A stretch of DNA of 64,000 nucleotides from an uncultured Myxococcales bacterium (GCA_903842345.1 CAIMLR010000039.1:140268-204267), one strand, 5' to 3'; positions 19,879 through 29,663 are shown, counted from the stretch's first letter. Notes: generated by a model not told the origin, from the letters alone. Numbers and translations: made by a program.

Positions 19879-20586
19879 TCAGCGGATTTCCGCCGCATCG
19901 CTTGGCCGCGGTCGGAGTCGCCACTGCGCGGCGATTTGTTCGCTCCAGCCGGCCAAATCAGCCGGTTCCGGCGGCCCAGGCTCAGTGAGATTGGCAAATG
20001 CGATCCATGGTTTACCACAGAGAACGAGACCGTTTGCCAGACGCGGATCGACGGCGATATTGATCGCCACGCCGTGTTGCGCGACGTCGGCGCGCAGGCG
20101 CAAACCGAGGCTCGCCAGCTTGCCCTCCGCGCGCCACACGCCCACGTCGTCGGCCAGATCGCGGCGCGCATCCACGCCGCAAGCGCCCGCCAACTCAGCA
20201 ATTCCATGGAGAAGCTCGGCGCAAAGCTGACGCGCCTGCCAGCGCGAACACGGCACGGCGAGAAACGCGACGATCTGGCCCGGCGCGTGCAGCGTGCCCA
20301 GACCACCGCGATCGACCGGGACGATCGCAATTTGCCGCGCCGCGCACACAGCCAGGGAAGCTGCGATCGCCGCCTGCCCCGCGGGCTCCTGCGCGCGGCG
20401 TCCGAGGGCGTACACCGGCGCGGCGGGCTCAAAGAAGACGATTTCGCCCGGGGCGCCGGCCGCAACCGCATCGGCGATCTGGCGATTGCGGGTGACCATC
20501 TCGGCAAAAGGCTGCCGCCCCAGCCAGCGCCACGGGAGATCGGCGAGCAGCGACGGCGCTGACGGGCTCAGTGAAACAGCATCCAC
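19879..20586 (-). CDS. lipB: Octanoyltransferase LipB (lipoyl(octanoyl) transferase).
   Basis: Motifs RGGLGTLHAPGQIVAF (equivalent to the RGGxxTYHGPGQ motif), KLASLGLRL, and catalytic Cys in LVLCGKPWIAFANL. Overlaps the cdsA stop by 19 nt. Confidence 0.8.
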   Translation of the reverse strand: MDAVSLSPSAPSLLADLPWRWLGRQPFAEMVTRNRQIADAVAAGAPGEIVFFEPAAPVYALGRRAQEPAGQAAIAASLAVCAARQIAIVPVDRGGLGTLHAPGQIVAFLAVPCSRWQARQLCAELLHGIAELAGACGVDARRDLADDVGVWRAEGKLASLGLRLRADVAQHGVAINIAVDPRLANGLVLCGKPWIAFANLTEPGPPEPADLAGWSEQIAAQWRLRPRPSDAAEIR

Positions 20587-21374
20587 GCGAGCATCACCGG
20601 CGCAGCAAACAGCACGCCGTCCAGTCGATCGAGAATGCCGCCATGACCCGGCAGCAGCCCACCCGAATCCTTGGTGCCCGTCGCGCGCTTGAACAGCGAC
20701 TCCGCAAGATCGCCGATCTGGCCGACCATGCCGCCCGTCGCGCCCATCAGCAGGCCCTGAACGACGGTCAGTTGCGGCACCAGCAGCTGCTGCGCGATGT
20801 AACCGCCGAGGATCGACGCGGCGAGACCGCCGAGCGCGCCCTCCATCGTCTTCTTGGGGCTGATGAGTTCGTACAGCTTGTGGCGGCCAAAGGAGCGACC
20901 GGCAAAGTACGCGCCAGTGTCGCCGGCGAACACGACGATGAGGAGCGAGAGCACCGCGCCACGGCCGGTGTCAAAACGCCCGCCGGTGGGCACCTGGGCG
21001 AGCGCGAAGGTCTGCACGATCACGCCAAACAGCGTCGCGACGTACGCAAGGCCCAGCAGGCCGATCGCCGCGCGCTTGCCCGCCGCCTCCACCGAGCCCG
21101 GACGGACGAGGCACCAGCACAGCCATGCGACCGGCAGCACACTCGGAATCAGCCACATCTCGCGCATGCCAACCACAAACGCCGTGAGCATCGCCAGCGG
21201 CGCGAGGACCAGGCGGTCCTGCGTCCGAACTTCCGGGTACATGCGGACCAACTCGTCGACGCCTTGGGCCGCGGCCATCGCCAACAGCGCGAAGAACACG
21301 AATTTGGGCGCGAAGAGCACGATCAGGATGAGAATCGGCGCCAGAATGAGACCTGTGATGACCCGCTGTGCCAT
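20568..21374 (-). CDS. cdsA: Phosphatidate cytidylyltransferase CdsA.
   Basis: Multi-TM protein with the CdsA C-terminal signature (KRATGTKDSGGLLPGHGGILDRLDGVLFAAP). Probable start at the internal Met (MAQRVITGLILAPIL) at 21374; the longer ORF runs to 21512. Confidence 0.8.
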   Translation of the reverse strand: MAQRVITGLILAPILILIVLFAPKFVFFALLAMAAAQGVDELVRMYPEVRTQDRLVLAPLAMLTAFVVGMREMWLIPSVLPVAWLCWCLVRPGSVEAAGKRAAIGLLGLAYVATLFGVIVQTFALAQVPTGGRFDTGRGAVLSLLIVVFAGDTGAYFAGRSFGRHKLYELISPKKTMEGALGGLAASILGGYIAQQLLVPQLTVVQGLLMGATGGMVGQIGDLAESLFKRATGTKDSGGLLPGHGGILDRLDGVLFAAPVMLAWMLFH

Positions 21375-21396
21375 GCCAACCTCCGCCTGCCGCGTT

Positions 21397-22230
<834 letters not shown>

Positions 22231-22233
22231 TGT

Positions 22234-23202
22234 TTACGCTCCTGCCGCGGCGGGCAAGGCAGGCTCACTCGGCCAGGCCCGACCGCGCACCAGCACCCAG
22301 CCCGACCACACGAGCAGCGGGAGGCTGATGAGCTGGGACGTCGAAAGCAGGCCGAACCACTCGCCGCGGTCGTCGGCGCGCAGGAACTCCACGCTGAAAC
22401 GAAACAGGGCGTAGAGCAACATGAACAGGAAGAAAATCTGCCCGTCAAAGCGCGGACCCTTGCGGTAGCGCCAGAGACAGATGAGGAAAATCACCGCACA
22501 AGCCAGCGCTTCGTACAATTGCGTCGGGTGGACCGGCAGCGATTGCACCGCGCTTGTTGTGATCTGATGCAGGTGAACCTGCTTGTCCCACGCCGGTGAA
22601 TACTTGGGAAACGCCAGCGCGGTCGGGGCTTGGCTCGTTTCGCCAAAGCAGCAGCCGGCAAGCAGGCAGCCGATGCGGCCAAACACGAGGCCGAGCGCGA
22701 TGGCCCACCCGGCGAGGTCGGCGACCTTCCACATGGACACGCGGCGACGGCGGAGGAACCAGAGGCCGGTCGGGACAGCCGCGAGGAAGCCGCCATAGTA
22801 GGCGTAGCCGCCGTACCAAATCTTGAGGACGCGCAGGCAGTCCTGCTGCTGGCGACAGAGGCCGCTCGAGGTCTCGCAGAGGTCGCCCAGCCCCGCGCGC
22901 ACGCACTGATCCGCGTCTGCGCAGTGCACGCCCGGTCCAAGCGCAAGCCCCGGCACCTGGCTCGGGTCGGTGCACAGGTGCACGTAGTCCATGAACTGGC
23001 CGTCGGCGATCACGTGCAGTGCCCGCGCGCCGACGAGGCCCATGACGAGCATCAGCAGGCCAAGATCGAGGATCGTGTTGCCGTCCAGGCCCTTGCGCAT
23101 TCCCTCGGCATGCGCCAGCAAGATCGCCAGCGTGAACCCGACCATCAGCAGCGTGAAATACGCCGGCAACTGGACGAAACCGAGGTCAAAGCTAGGGTGC
23201 AC
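22234..23202 (-). CDS. lgt: Prolipoprotein diacylglyceryl transferase Lgt, with a roughly 55-aa Cys-rich insertion.
   Basis: Lgt signatures (GRIGCLLAGCCFG, HPTQLYEAL, FGLLSTSQLISL). Insertion HLCTDPSQVPGLALGPGVHCADADQCVRAGLGDLCETSSGLCRQQQDC carries 6 Cys. 4-nt overlap with the uppS start. Confidence 0.85.
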   Translation of the reverse strand: MHPSFDLGFVQLPAYFTLLMVGFTLAILLAHAEGMRKGLDGNTILDLGLLMLVMGLVGARALHVIADGQFMDYVHLCTDPSQVPGLALGPGVHCADADQCVRAGLGDLCETSSGLCRQQQDCLRVLKIWYGGYAYYGGFLAAVPTGLWFLRRRRVSMWKVADLAGWAIALGLVFGRIGCLLAGCCFGETSQAPTALAFPKYSPAWDKQVHLHQITTSAVQSLPVHPTQLYEALACAVIFLICLWRYRKGPRFDGQIFFLFMLLYALFRFSVEFLRADDRGEWFGLLSTSQLISLPLLVWSGWVLVRGRAWPSEPALPAAAGA

Positions 23203-23214
23203 CGCAGACCTCGA

Positions 23215-24174
23215 TCACGCCTTGGACGCGGGCGGCGGCGTCTTGGGCTGACGCAGGGAATCGAGCGCGATCAGGATGACACCCACCGTGATGCCGGCAT
23301 CCGCAATGTTCCAGACCGGCCAGCCGTGCAAGCCCGGGCCAAAGGTCCGGCCCCAGAAGCTGGCGTCGTCAAACACCACGTAGTTGAAGATGAAGTCGAC
23401 AACTGCGCGGTAGTGGATGCGGTCGATCAGGTTGCCGATCGCGCCGCCGAGGATGCCCGCGAGCGCCCAGGTGGAGAGCACGCTCGCCATCTTGCGCTGC
23501 CAAAGCACCCACGCCATGACAAGGGACGCGATTGTCGAAATGCTGACAAACAAGACGAAGCGGACAATCGGCGGGGACGTGGCGAGGAACGACCACGCCG
23601 CGCCAAAGTTCTCCGCGTAGACGAGCGAGAAGCCGTCACAGATACGGATCGAGTGATCGCGCACGGCGACAAGTTCATCGGCCGCGATCGGTGTCGTCGG
23701 CTCGTCGATGCGCGCGTTGTTGCGCCACGCGGTCTGCAGCAGACCCGGCACGTCCGCAGGATCGACGCGCCAAGCCGTCGCCAGCAGGTCGTCCAGCGGC
23801 TGCCCCAAGTCCTGCGGCATCGGCCGCCAACGCCGCGGCGCGAGCAGCCCCGTGCCGCCGAGGGTCACAAGTTCCAGCGACAGGTCGGTCGCGGCAATCA
23901 CGTGTTTGGCGTCCAGGCCATGCACCGGCTGGTAGCGGGTCACCTGCCCGCCGTGGACGGTGTCGGCGATCTCCTGCGCGGACCAGCCCTTGGCTTGGAG
24001 CGCCGCCTGCACGGTCGCGCCATCGCTTTGCCGGAGCACGAGTGGATGCACGGCCGAGGCCAACGTCGTCGCCGCCCAGTACTTGCTGGCCAGATCGAGC
24101 ACCAGCACGATCACAACAAGGGCGAAAGGACCGATGCGCGGGAGTTTCTTGGAATGGGATTCAGCGCGCGTCAT
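23215..24174 (-). CDS. lspA: Lipoprotein signal peptidase LspA (signal peptidase II), unusually long (about 320 aa) with a roughly 170-aa periplasmic insertion after TM1.
   Basis: C-terminal half carries LspA motifs (FSLVYAENFGAAWSF, GNLIDR, WPVWNIADAGITVG). Start assumed at the Met at 24174 (MTRAESHSKKLPRIGPFALVVIVLV); the ORF extends to 24228. Confidence 0.75.
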   Translation of the reverse strand: MTRAESHSKKLPRIGPFALVVIVLVLDLASKYWAATTLASAVHPLVLRQSDGATVQAALQAKGWSAQEIADTVHGGQVTRYQPVHGLDAKHVIAATDLSLELVTLGGTGLLAPRRWRPMPQDLGQPLDDLLATAWRVDPADVPGLLQTAWRNNARIDEPTTPIAADELVAVRDHSIRICDGFSLVYAENFGAAWSFLATSPPIVRFVLFVSISTIASLVMAWVLWQRKMASVLSTWALAGILGGAIGNLIDRIHYRAVVDFIFNYVVFDDASFWGRTFGPGLHGWPVWNIADAGITVGVILIALDSLRQPKTPPPASKA

Positions 24175-24278
24175 AGCGTCTCCGGCAATCGGGTTGCGCA
24201 CAATAGGTGGCCGGGCGATCCACGTCAACGTTGCAACCGCCGACTGCGGGCCCTACGCTTCTGCCCCCGGAGGTTCCT

Positions 24279-25160
24279 GTGCACGTCCTGACTGGTAGTT
24301 CCTGTCCGCATCCGTTTATTTCCGCGGCGTGCCCGCTGTGCCGCGGGAGCGATGCGCCTGGGCGCGTGGAAGCGCTCGCGACGGCGGCGGCAGTGGCGGC
24401 GGCCATTGACGCCGCGGCCGGTCAGCCGGAGATCGTGCTCCGCGATGGCGATCTGCTTTCCCGACCGGAGGCGCTGGATCTGCTGCAGCACGCGCGCCAG
24501 ACCGCCAAGGCCGTCGAACTGTGGACGTCCGGCCTGATGCTGGCGCGTCCCGGCGTGGTGGAAGCGGTGCTGCGCTCGGGCGTGACGATGGTCGCGCTGC
24601 CCCTTTACGGCGATTCCGCGGAGGCGCACGACTGGGTGACAGGCCAGCCCGGGCATTTTCAGCGCGTGATTGCCGGCCTGAAGCGGGTGCGCGCGCTGGG
24701 CGGCAAGACTGCGGTCATCGCGCCGATCCTGCGGCCGACGTTTCGGACACTGCCGTTGCTCGTCCAGAAGTCGCTGGCGCTGGACGTCGCGGCGTTCCGG
24801 TTTGTCGCCCTGCCCGGGCCGGATCGCGTGGGACAGCCGCTGCTGCCGTCGCTGGAGATGGCCGCGCCCTACTTGCGCCAGGCGCTGCAGATGACCGCCG
24901 CAGCCAAGAAACGCAGCAGCGTGCTCGATGTGCCTGCGTGCCTGTTGGGCGACCGCGCCGCGGATGCAGCCAAGGAGGCCGCGGTATCCGTCGTGGCGGA
25001 AGGTGCGGCCAAACACGCGCGCGAGCACGGGCCACAGTGCGACGCGTGCACGTGGCGCGCGGGTTGCCCGGGCCTCCTGACCGCGACGGCAGAGCGCTTT
25101 GGCTGGGCCGGCATCGCGGCGCGGACCGACCCGCCGCCGACCGCGAAAGTCTTGAAATAG
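24279..25160 (+). CDS. Radical-SAM-like protein (paralog of the next two rSAM genes) with a non-canonical Cys motif CX8CX2C. Possibly a divergent or inactive partner.
   Basis: GTG at 24279 preceded by GGAGG (24269-24273) gives MHVLTGSSCPHPFISAACPLC. It aligns with rSAM1 (VRVTRLCNQRCTFC) and rSAM2 (VRHCNQNCGFC), including the shared LPLYGDSAEAHDWVTGQPGHF / SMHGHTAHIHDKLTGTPGAF / SIHSHKHKLEDFLTGTPGSL block and the C-terminal CDACTWRAGCPG motif. The longer ORF starts at GTG 24207. Confidence 0.55.
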   Translation: MHVLTGSSCPHPFISAACPLCRGSDAPGRVEALATAAAVAAAIDAAAGQPEIVLRDGDLLSRPEALDLLQHARQTAKAVELWTSGLMLARPGVVEAVLRSGVTMVALPLYGDSAEAHDWVTGQPGHFQRVIAGLKRVRALGGKTAVIAPILRPTFRTLPLLVQKSLALDVAAFRFVALPGPDRVGQPLLPSLEMAAPYLRQALQMTAAAKKRSSVLDVPACLLGDRAADAAKEAAVSVVAEGAAKHAREHGPQCDACTWRAGCPGLLTATAERFGWAGIAARTDPPPTAKVLK

Positions 25161-25277
25161 CATCACTTTTCGCTGACCGCTTGCGATACGGGGCAAAACC
25201 GCCAAACTGCTGGGCGCGACCAGCCCGTCCCCCCAGGTGTCGTCAGCCTTAGCCATTCGTTCGCAAGCGAGTCCTTC

Positions 25278-27230
25278 ATGCCTGAAAACGAGATCCGCGG
25301 CGACGCGACGACCCTTGAAATTGACATCGACAAGCTGGTGCGCGACGGCATCCTGAACCGCGACGAAGCCGAAGCGTTGCGCGCGACGGAGTTGGCCGAA
25401 GGCACGCGCATGGAAGCGCTGCCGTCCGGCGATGGCGAGAACAAGGACGCAGTCAAAGAAGCCGCGATGAAGCACAAGCGCCACTGGGTGCGCGTGACGC
25501 GGCTCTGCAACCAGCGCTGTACGTTCTGCCTGGATTCGATGAACCAGGACGGCACGATGATCGACGTCGAGTCGCTCAAAGCCTACATCGCGCTGGGTCG
25601 GCGCATGGGCCGGGAACGGCTCATCCTGTCTGGCGGCGAGGCCAGCGTGCATCCGCAGTACGTGGAGCTGATCCGCTACGGCAAGTCACTCGGCTACGAC
25701 TGGATCCAGACGATCACCAACGGCATGATGTTCAGCTACAAGCGCTTCGCCAACGCGTGCGCGGAAGCCGGCCTGAACGAAGCCACCGTTTCCATGCACG
25801 GCCACACCGCGCACATCCACGACAAGCTGACGGGCACGCCCGGCGCGTTCGTCACCGGCATCAAGGGCATCCAGAACCTGTGGGAGACCGGCAAGGTCGT
25901 CGTCAACATCGACGTGGTCATCAACAAGCAGAACTACAAGCAGCTGCCTGAGATCCTGGAGTATTACTACAACCTCGGCATTCGCGAGTTTGACCTCCTG
26001 CACATCATTCCGTTTGGCCGCGGCTTTGACGAGCACCGCCACTCGCTGTTTTTTGACCTGAACGACGCCGTGCCGTACTTCCGCCGCGCGTTCAAGCTCG
26101 CGGACCGCGAGGGCGTGTACCTGTGGACCAATCGCCTGCCGGTCATGTACCTGGAAGGTTTTGAGCGGCTCATCCAGGACCCGCACAAGCTGCTGAGCGA
26201 ATTTGACGGCGGCCGCCACAATTTTGAAGGCTTCCTGCGCAAGGGCCTCAAGCCCGACTGCTGGGGCGAGCGCTGCGACTACTGCTTCCTCGACGGTCCG
26301 TGCCGCAGCACGATGTTCCCGTACCGGGAAATGCTGGAATCCCACACGTTCCCGCTGGTGCGCGTGGACAGCCAGCACGTCTGGCAGGGCACGGAAGCGA
26401 AAGCCAAGTTTGAAGCGCAGCAGCCGCAGCGGCTGTGGCTGACGGCGCGCGATGCGGAGGATGCCAAGGCGGCGCTGGCGCGTTCGGCGCATCCGGCCGC
26501 AGACGTGACGCTGCAGTTGGACGCGGGCGCGGATCCCCAGCCGCTGCTGAAGCATCCGCCGCGCGAGATCAAGCGCTTTGTGGTGACGACGACCGACGAC
26601 GCGGCACGCTATTTGGTGGGCGCGCATGCGATTCCGGCGCCGACGGAAGTGGAAGTGATGCTGACGCGCGAGCTGGCCTCGTGGCTGCTGGCGCGACCGG
26701 CGACGCTCAAGGCGTGGGGTACGCGGTTGATCGCGACGCTCAAGACGCACGAGTACCTGTCCGAGTCGCAGGCGGAAGATCCGGATCCGGCGACGCTCCG
26801 CAAGTTGGCCCAGGCCGGCCTGCGCATGCGCAACGTGACGCGCTGCGTGGCGGGCGCGGAGACCGAGCCGGGCGACATCAAGCTGCTGGATGCGACGCTG
26901 CTGGACGGCGCGGGCTTCCTCAACCTGGACAAGTACGTCGGCCATTACGTGGAGCACGCGTACTACAGCAAGTCGATCCGCTGCGGCCGGTGCTCGCAGT
27001 TTGAAACCTGCCAGGGCACGCACATCAACTACCTGCGCAGCCACGGTTTTGCGATCCAGACGCCGCTCGATGAAGCCGGCAAGCCGCTGCCCGACGCCGC
27101 GAGCTTTGACCGCTTGACGGAGCAGTTGGCCGACGCCAATGCCCAGCGCACCAAGCGCGAGCAGCAGCGCACGGTCGGGTTGCACAAGCCCAAGGCGATT
27201 GGCGAACTGGGCATCGGCCGCGAGACCTGA
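25278..27230 (+). CDS. Radical SAM enzyme (650 aa) with a roughly 300-aa C-terminal extension carrying two extra CxxCx5C motifs.
   Basis: Canonical CNQRCTFC cluster-binding motif followed by the SAM-binding LILSGGEASVHP motif. Additional CDYCFLDGPC and CGRCSQFETCQG motifs. An alternative start lies at the Met at 25467 (MKHKRHWVRVTRLCN). Confidence 0.8.
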   Translation: MPENEIRGDATTLEIDIDKLVRDGILNRDEAEALRATELAEGTRMEALPSGDGENKDAVKEAAMKHKRHWVRVTRLCNQRCTFCLDSMNQDGTMIDVESLKAYIALGRRMGRERLILSGGEASVHPQYVELIRYGKSLGYDWIQTITNGMMFSYKRFANACAEAGLNEATVSMHGHTAHIHDKLTGTPGAFVTGIKGIQNLWETGKVVVNIDVVINKQNYKQLPEILEYYYNLGIREFDLLHIIPFGRGFDEHRHSLFFDLNDAVPYFRRAFKLADREGVYLWTNRLPVMYLEGFERLIQDPHKLLSEFDGGRHNFEGFLRKGLKPDCWGERCDYCFLDGPCRSTMFPYREMLESHTFPLVRVDSQHVWQGTEAKAKFEAQQPQRLWLTARDAEDAKAALARSAHPAADVTLQLDAGADPQPLLKHPPREIKRFVVTTTDDAARYLVGAHAIPAPTEVEVMLTRELASWLLARPATLKAWGTRLIATLKTHEYLSESQAEDPDPATLRKLAQAGLRMRNVTRCVAGAETEPGDIKLLDATLLDGAGFLNLDKYVGHYVEHAYYSKSIRCGRCSQFETCQGTHINYLRSHGFAIQTPLDEAGKPLPDAASFDRLTEQLADANAQRTKREQQRTVGLHKPKAIGELGIGRET

Positions 27231-27233
27231 CCG

Positions 27234-27668
27234 TTACGGCCAACTGTCGTCGTTGGGCCAATCGGCAAAATACACGCCCGGTGGCCACCCTTGGGCTGGC
27301 ACGCGCTGCTTCAGGCACTTCGCCACGCCTTCAGGCACCTGCACATCGGTCATCGCGAACACGGTCGTCGCCAGCGCGTCGCCCTTGGCCTCGATCGAAA
27401 TACCCAAGCTCATCGGCCTCTCCGTCGGGTAGCCCAAGCCGTGAAAACAGTCCCGCAACGGCCGCAGGTGCGCGCGCGTGAGCGTTTCGTCCATGAGCTG
27501 GGGCGCCGGTTGCGGCGGGCGTTTGGCGGCGACGACGGGCGCCACCGCGTTGGGCTGCGACCCGGTCGGCTCGTTGCGGCACGACGTCAGGACGCTGGTC
27601 ATGGCCAACAGGCACAGCCACACGAACAGGTGCGGCTTGCGGCGGAAACTCGGGCGCGTGGGGAACAT
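27234..27668 (-). CDS. Small putative lipoprotein (144 aa) encoded on the opposite strand inside the rSAM cluster.
   Basis: ATG at 27666-27668 with GGAG 8 nt upstream on the minus strand. Signal peptide plus lipobox (LFVWLCLLAMTSVLTS|C). It exactly fills the 630-nt gap between rSAM1 and rSAM2. Confidence 0.45.
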   Translation of the reverse strand: MFPTRPSFRRKPHLFVWLCLLAMTSVLTSCRNEPTGSQPNAVAPVVAAKRPPQPAPQLMDETLTRAHLRPLRDCFHGLGYPTERPMSLGISIEAKGDALATTVFAMTDVQVPEGVAKCLKQRVPAQGWPPGVYFADWPNDDSWP

Positions 27669-27860
27669 GGGCCAACTCCAGCCAAGTGCGGCTGGAAAAA
27701 GTCTGCGCCTGCGGGCAAGCCAAGGTCAAGATCGCGTGCCGCCGCTCAACACCCACGGCAAAACAGTGAGTTGGCGGACGAAGCGTGCAGTCGGGCAAAA
27801 AATCCGGCACACTGCCGGTTCGCGCCCGTTCCCCCGAACCTGCGCCAACGGAGTCGTTCA

Positions 27861-29129
27861 ATGGCCAACATCGGCTACATCCAGATGGTCCGGCACTGCA
27901 ACCAGAATTGCGGCTTTTGCTCCAATCCTGAGACGCCGTTCTTCCACAACCTGGAGCAGATCCACCAGATCGTCGACGACTTTGTCAGCCGCGACTACTT
28001 TGGCGTCATCATGACCGGCGGCGAGCCGACGCTTTCGCCCATCCTGCCAGAAGCCATCGCCCACGCGCGCGCCAACGGCCTGCACGTGCGCATGATCACC
28101 AATGGCCAGAAGCTCGCCGATTGGGACTACTGCAAGTCGCTGGCCGACGCCGGGCTGCAACACGTCCACGTGTCCATCCACAGCCACAAGCACAAGCTGG
28201 AGGATTTCCTGACCGGCACGCCTGGCTCGCTGGATTGGGCGGAGAAGGCGCTGACCAACCTCGGCAAGACCAACATCACCGTCAACATCAACACGGTCAT
28301 TACCCGCTACAATTGCGACCACTTGCACGGCAACATCGAGTGGTTCATCAAGAACTTCCCGTTCATCCAGCACTTCGTGTGGAACAACCTGGACCCGTCG
28401 ATCGGTCGCGCGACCAGCAACCAGTACTTTGCCGCGCGCCTGCAGGACATTGAAGTCAGCCTGTCCAAGGCGATGCGGATGCTGGCGGAGACGGGTCGGT
28501 CGTTCCGCGTGGAGCGCGTGCCGCTGTGCTACATGACGGAATTCGCCCACTGCTCGACCGAGACGCGCAAGATCGTCAAGAGCGAGGAGCGCATCGTCCA
28601 CTTCCTGGACAACAAGGGCACGGTCCGCCAGACCGAGTGGGGCCACCTGTACGCGGACGTGTGCAACGCGTGCAGCCTGCGGTCCATTTGCGGCGGGCTG
28701 TTTGACCGCGGCAACGCCTACGATCCTGCGGAACTGTCGCCGATCTTCCAGGATCCCAAGCCGATCATCTCGCGCATCGTCCAGGATTTGCAGTCGGACC
28801 CGGCATGGCGGATGGCCAAGTTCAAGAACCTGGCGGCGATCCCGGCGGCGCATCAGGGCAAATCGGGGACGCAGCAGAGCGTCGCGGGCGGTGAAGTGTC
28901 GCGCCCGGGCAAGGTGCAGGCGCCGACTGGCGAACGGCTGACGGAAATGGCCATGGACCCCAAGCGCAAGACCGATCACACGGCGCGCGATTGGACGCCC
29001 GAGGCGGCGGGCTGGCATCCGTCGGACGATGAAGACGACGTGGACACCGGGCTCGTCGTGCCCCCTGAGCCGATCGCGAGCGGACGGGTGCCGGTGACGC
29101 GCCTTGAAGTTCGATCCGGACAAGAGTAG
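27861..29129 (+). CDS. Radical SAM enzyme (422 aa), paralog of rSAM1.
   Basis: ATG at 27861 with GGAG 8 nt upstream. MANIGYIQMVRHCNQNCGFC (CxxxCxxC), VIMTGGEPTLSP, shared SIHSHKHKLEDFLTGTPG block, C-terminal CNACSLRSICGG motif. The longer track ORF from 27291 is upstream read-through. Confidence 0.8.
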   Translation: MANIGYIQMVRHCNQNCGFCSNPETPFFHNLEQIHQIVDDFVSRDYFGVIMTGGEPTLSPILPEAIAHARANGLHVRMITNGQKLADWDYCKSLADAGLQHVHVSIHSHKHKLEDFLTGTPGSLDWAEKALTNLGKTNITVNINTVITRYNCDHLHGNIEWFIKNFPFIQHFVWNNLDPSIGRATSNQYFAARLQDIEVSLSKAMRMLAETGRSFRVERVPLCYMTEFAHCSTETRKIVKSEERIVHFLDNKGTVRQTEWGHLYADVCNACSLRSICGGLFDRGNAYDPAELSPIFQDPKPIISRIVQDLQSDPAWRMAKFKNLAAIPAAHQGKSGTQQSVAGGEVSRPGKVQAPTGERLTEMAMDPKRKTDHTARDWTPEAAGWHPSDDEDDVDTGLVVPPEPIASGRVPVTRLEVRSGQE

Positions 29130-29216
29130 AAGCTGGGGCGCGCGCATTTTCGGCCGACCCCCGCCGAATCAGCGATCGCCCTCCCGCATCCGGGGCATTT
29201 TGCACTACTGGAGTAC

Positions 29217-29663
29217 ATGAGCATGGGCCACCCTCAGATTGAAAAACTCGACCCGAAGACACACACGATGACGCTGTCGCTCGACATCGGCTTGTATCCG
29301 GCTGACGTGCTGTATGCCGCCGCGTACGTCTTCCTCGACCGCGCGTACGTGCTGCTTGACCGCGCCGGTCCGCGCTACGAAGTGCATCTCCGCGGCAAAG
29401 GCGAGCTGACGGAAGCGCAGCTGACGGCGATGTCCGGTGAATTCGAGAACGAGCTGCTCGCTCAGGCGCTGCGTCGCAAGGTCGTCAAGGCCAACCAGAA
29501 GATCATCGAAGACATCACGAGCCAGGCCATTGCGGGCGCGGCCGGCGGCACGCTGCCGACCGACTTCCTCGCGGCGGGCGACGACGGCATGGACTTTCTG
29601 GACGATCCGCTGGGGATCGCCGTGCCGTGGGAAGACAAGTTCAAGAAGAAGAAAGACGCCTGA
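29217..29663 (+). CDS. Small acidic protein (148 aa) with a Lys-rich C-terminal tail (…PWEDKFKKKKDA). Paralog of the next gene. Candidate substrate or accessory protein of the rSAM cluster.
   Basis: ATG with GGAG 5 nt upstream. Its core aligns with the following small protein. No Cys residues. Tail rich in K and aromatic residues. Confidence 0.6.
   Translation: MSMGHPQIEKLDPKTHTMTLSLDIGLYPADVLYAAAYVFLDRAYVLLDRAGPRYEVHLRGKGELTEAQLTAMSGEFENELLAQALRRKVVKANQKIIEDITSQAIAGAAGGTLPTDFLAAGDDGMDFLDDPLGIAVPWEDKFKKKKDA

Noticed and set aside
22630-24291. 553-aa + strand ORF across lgt/lspA.
   Set aside because: Antisense to genes with clear Lgt and LspA signature motifs. Low-complexity R/A/G composition.
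25686-27185. 499-aa minus ORF inside rSAM1, and 29708..31873 (721 aa) inside the SPASM gene.
   Set aside because: Both are antisense to genes with canonical CxxxCxxC radical-SAM motifs and good Shine-Dalgarno sequences. Shadow ORFs.
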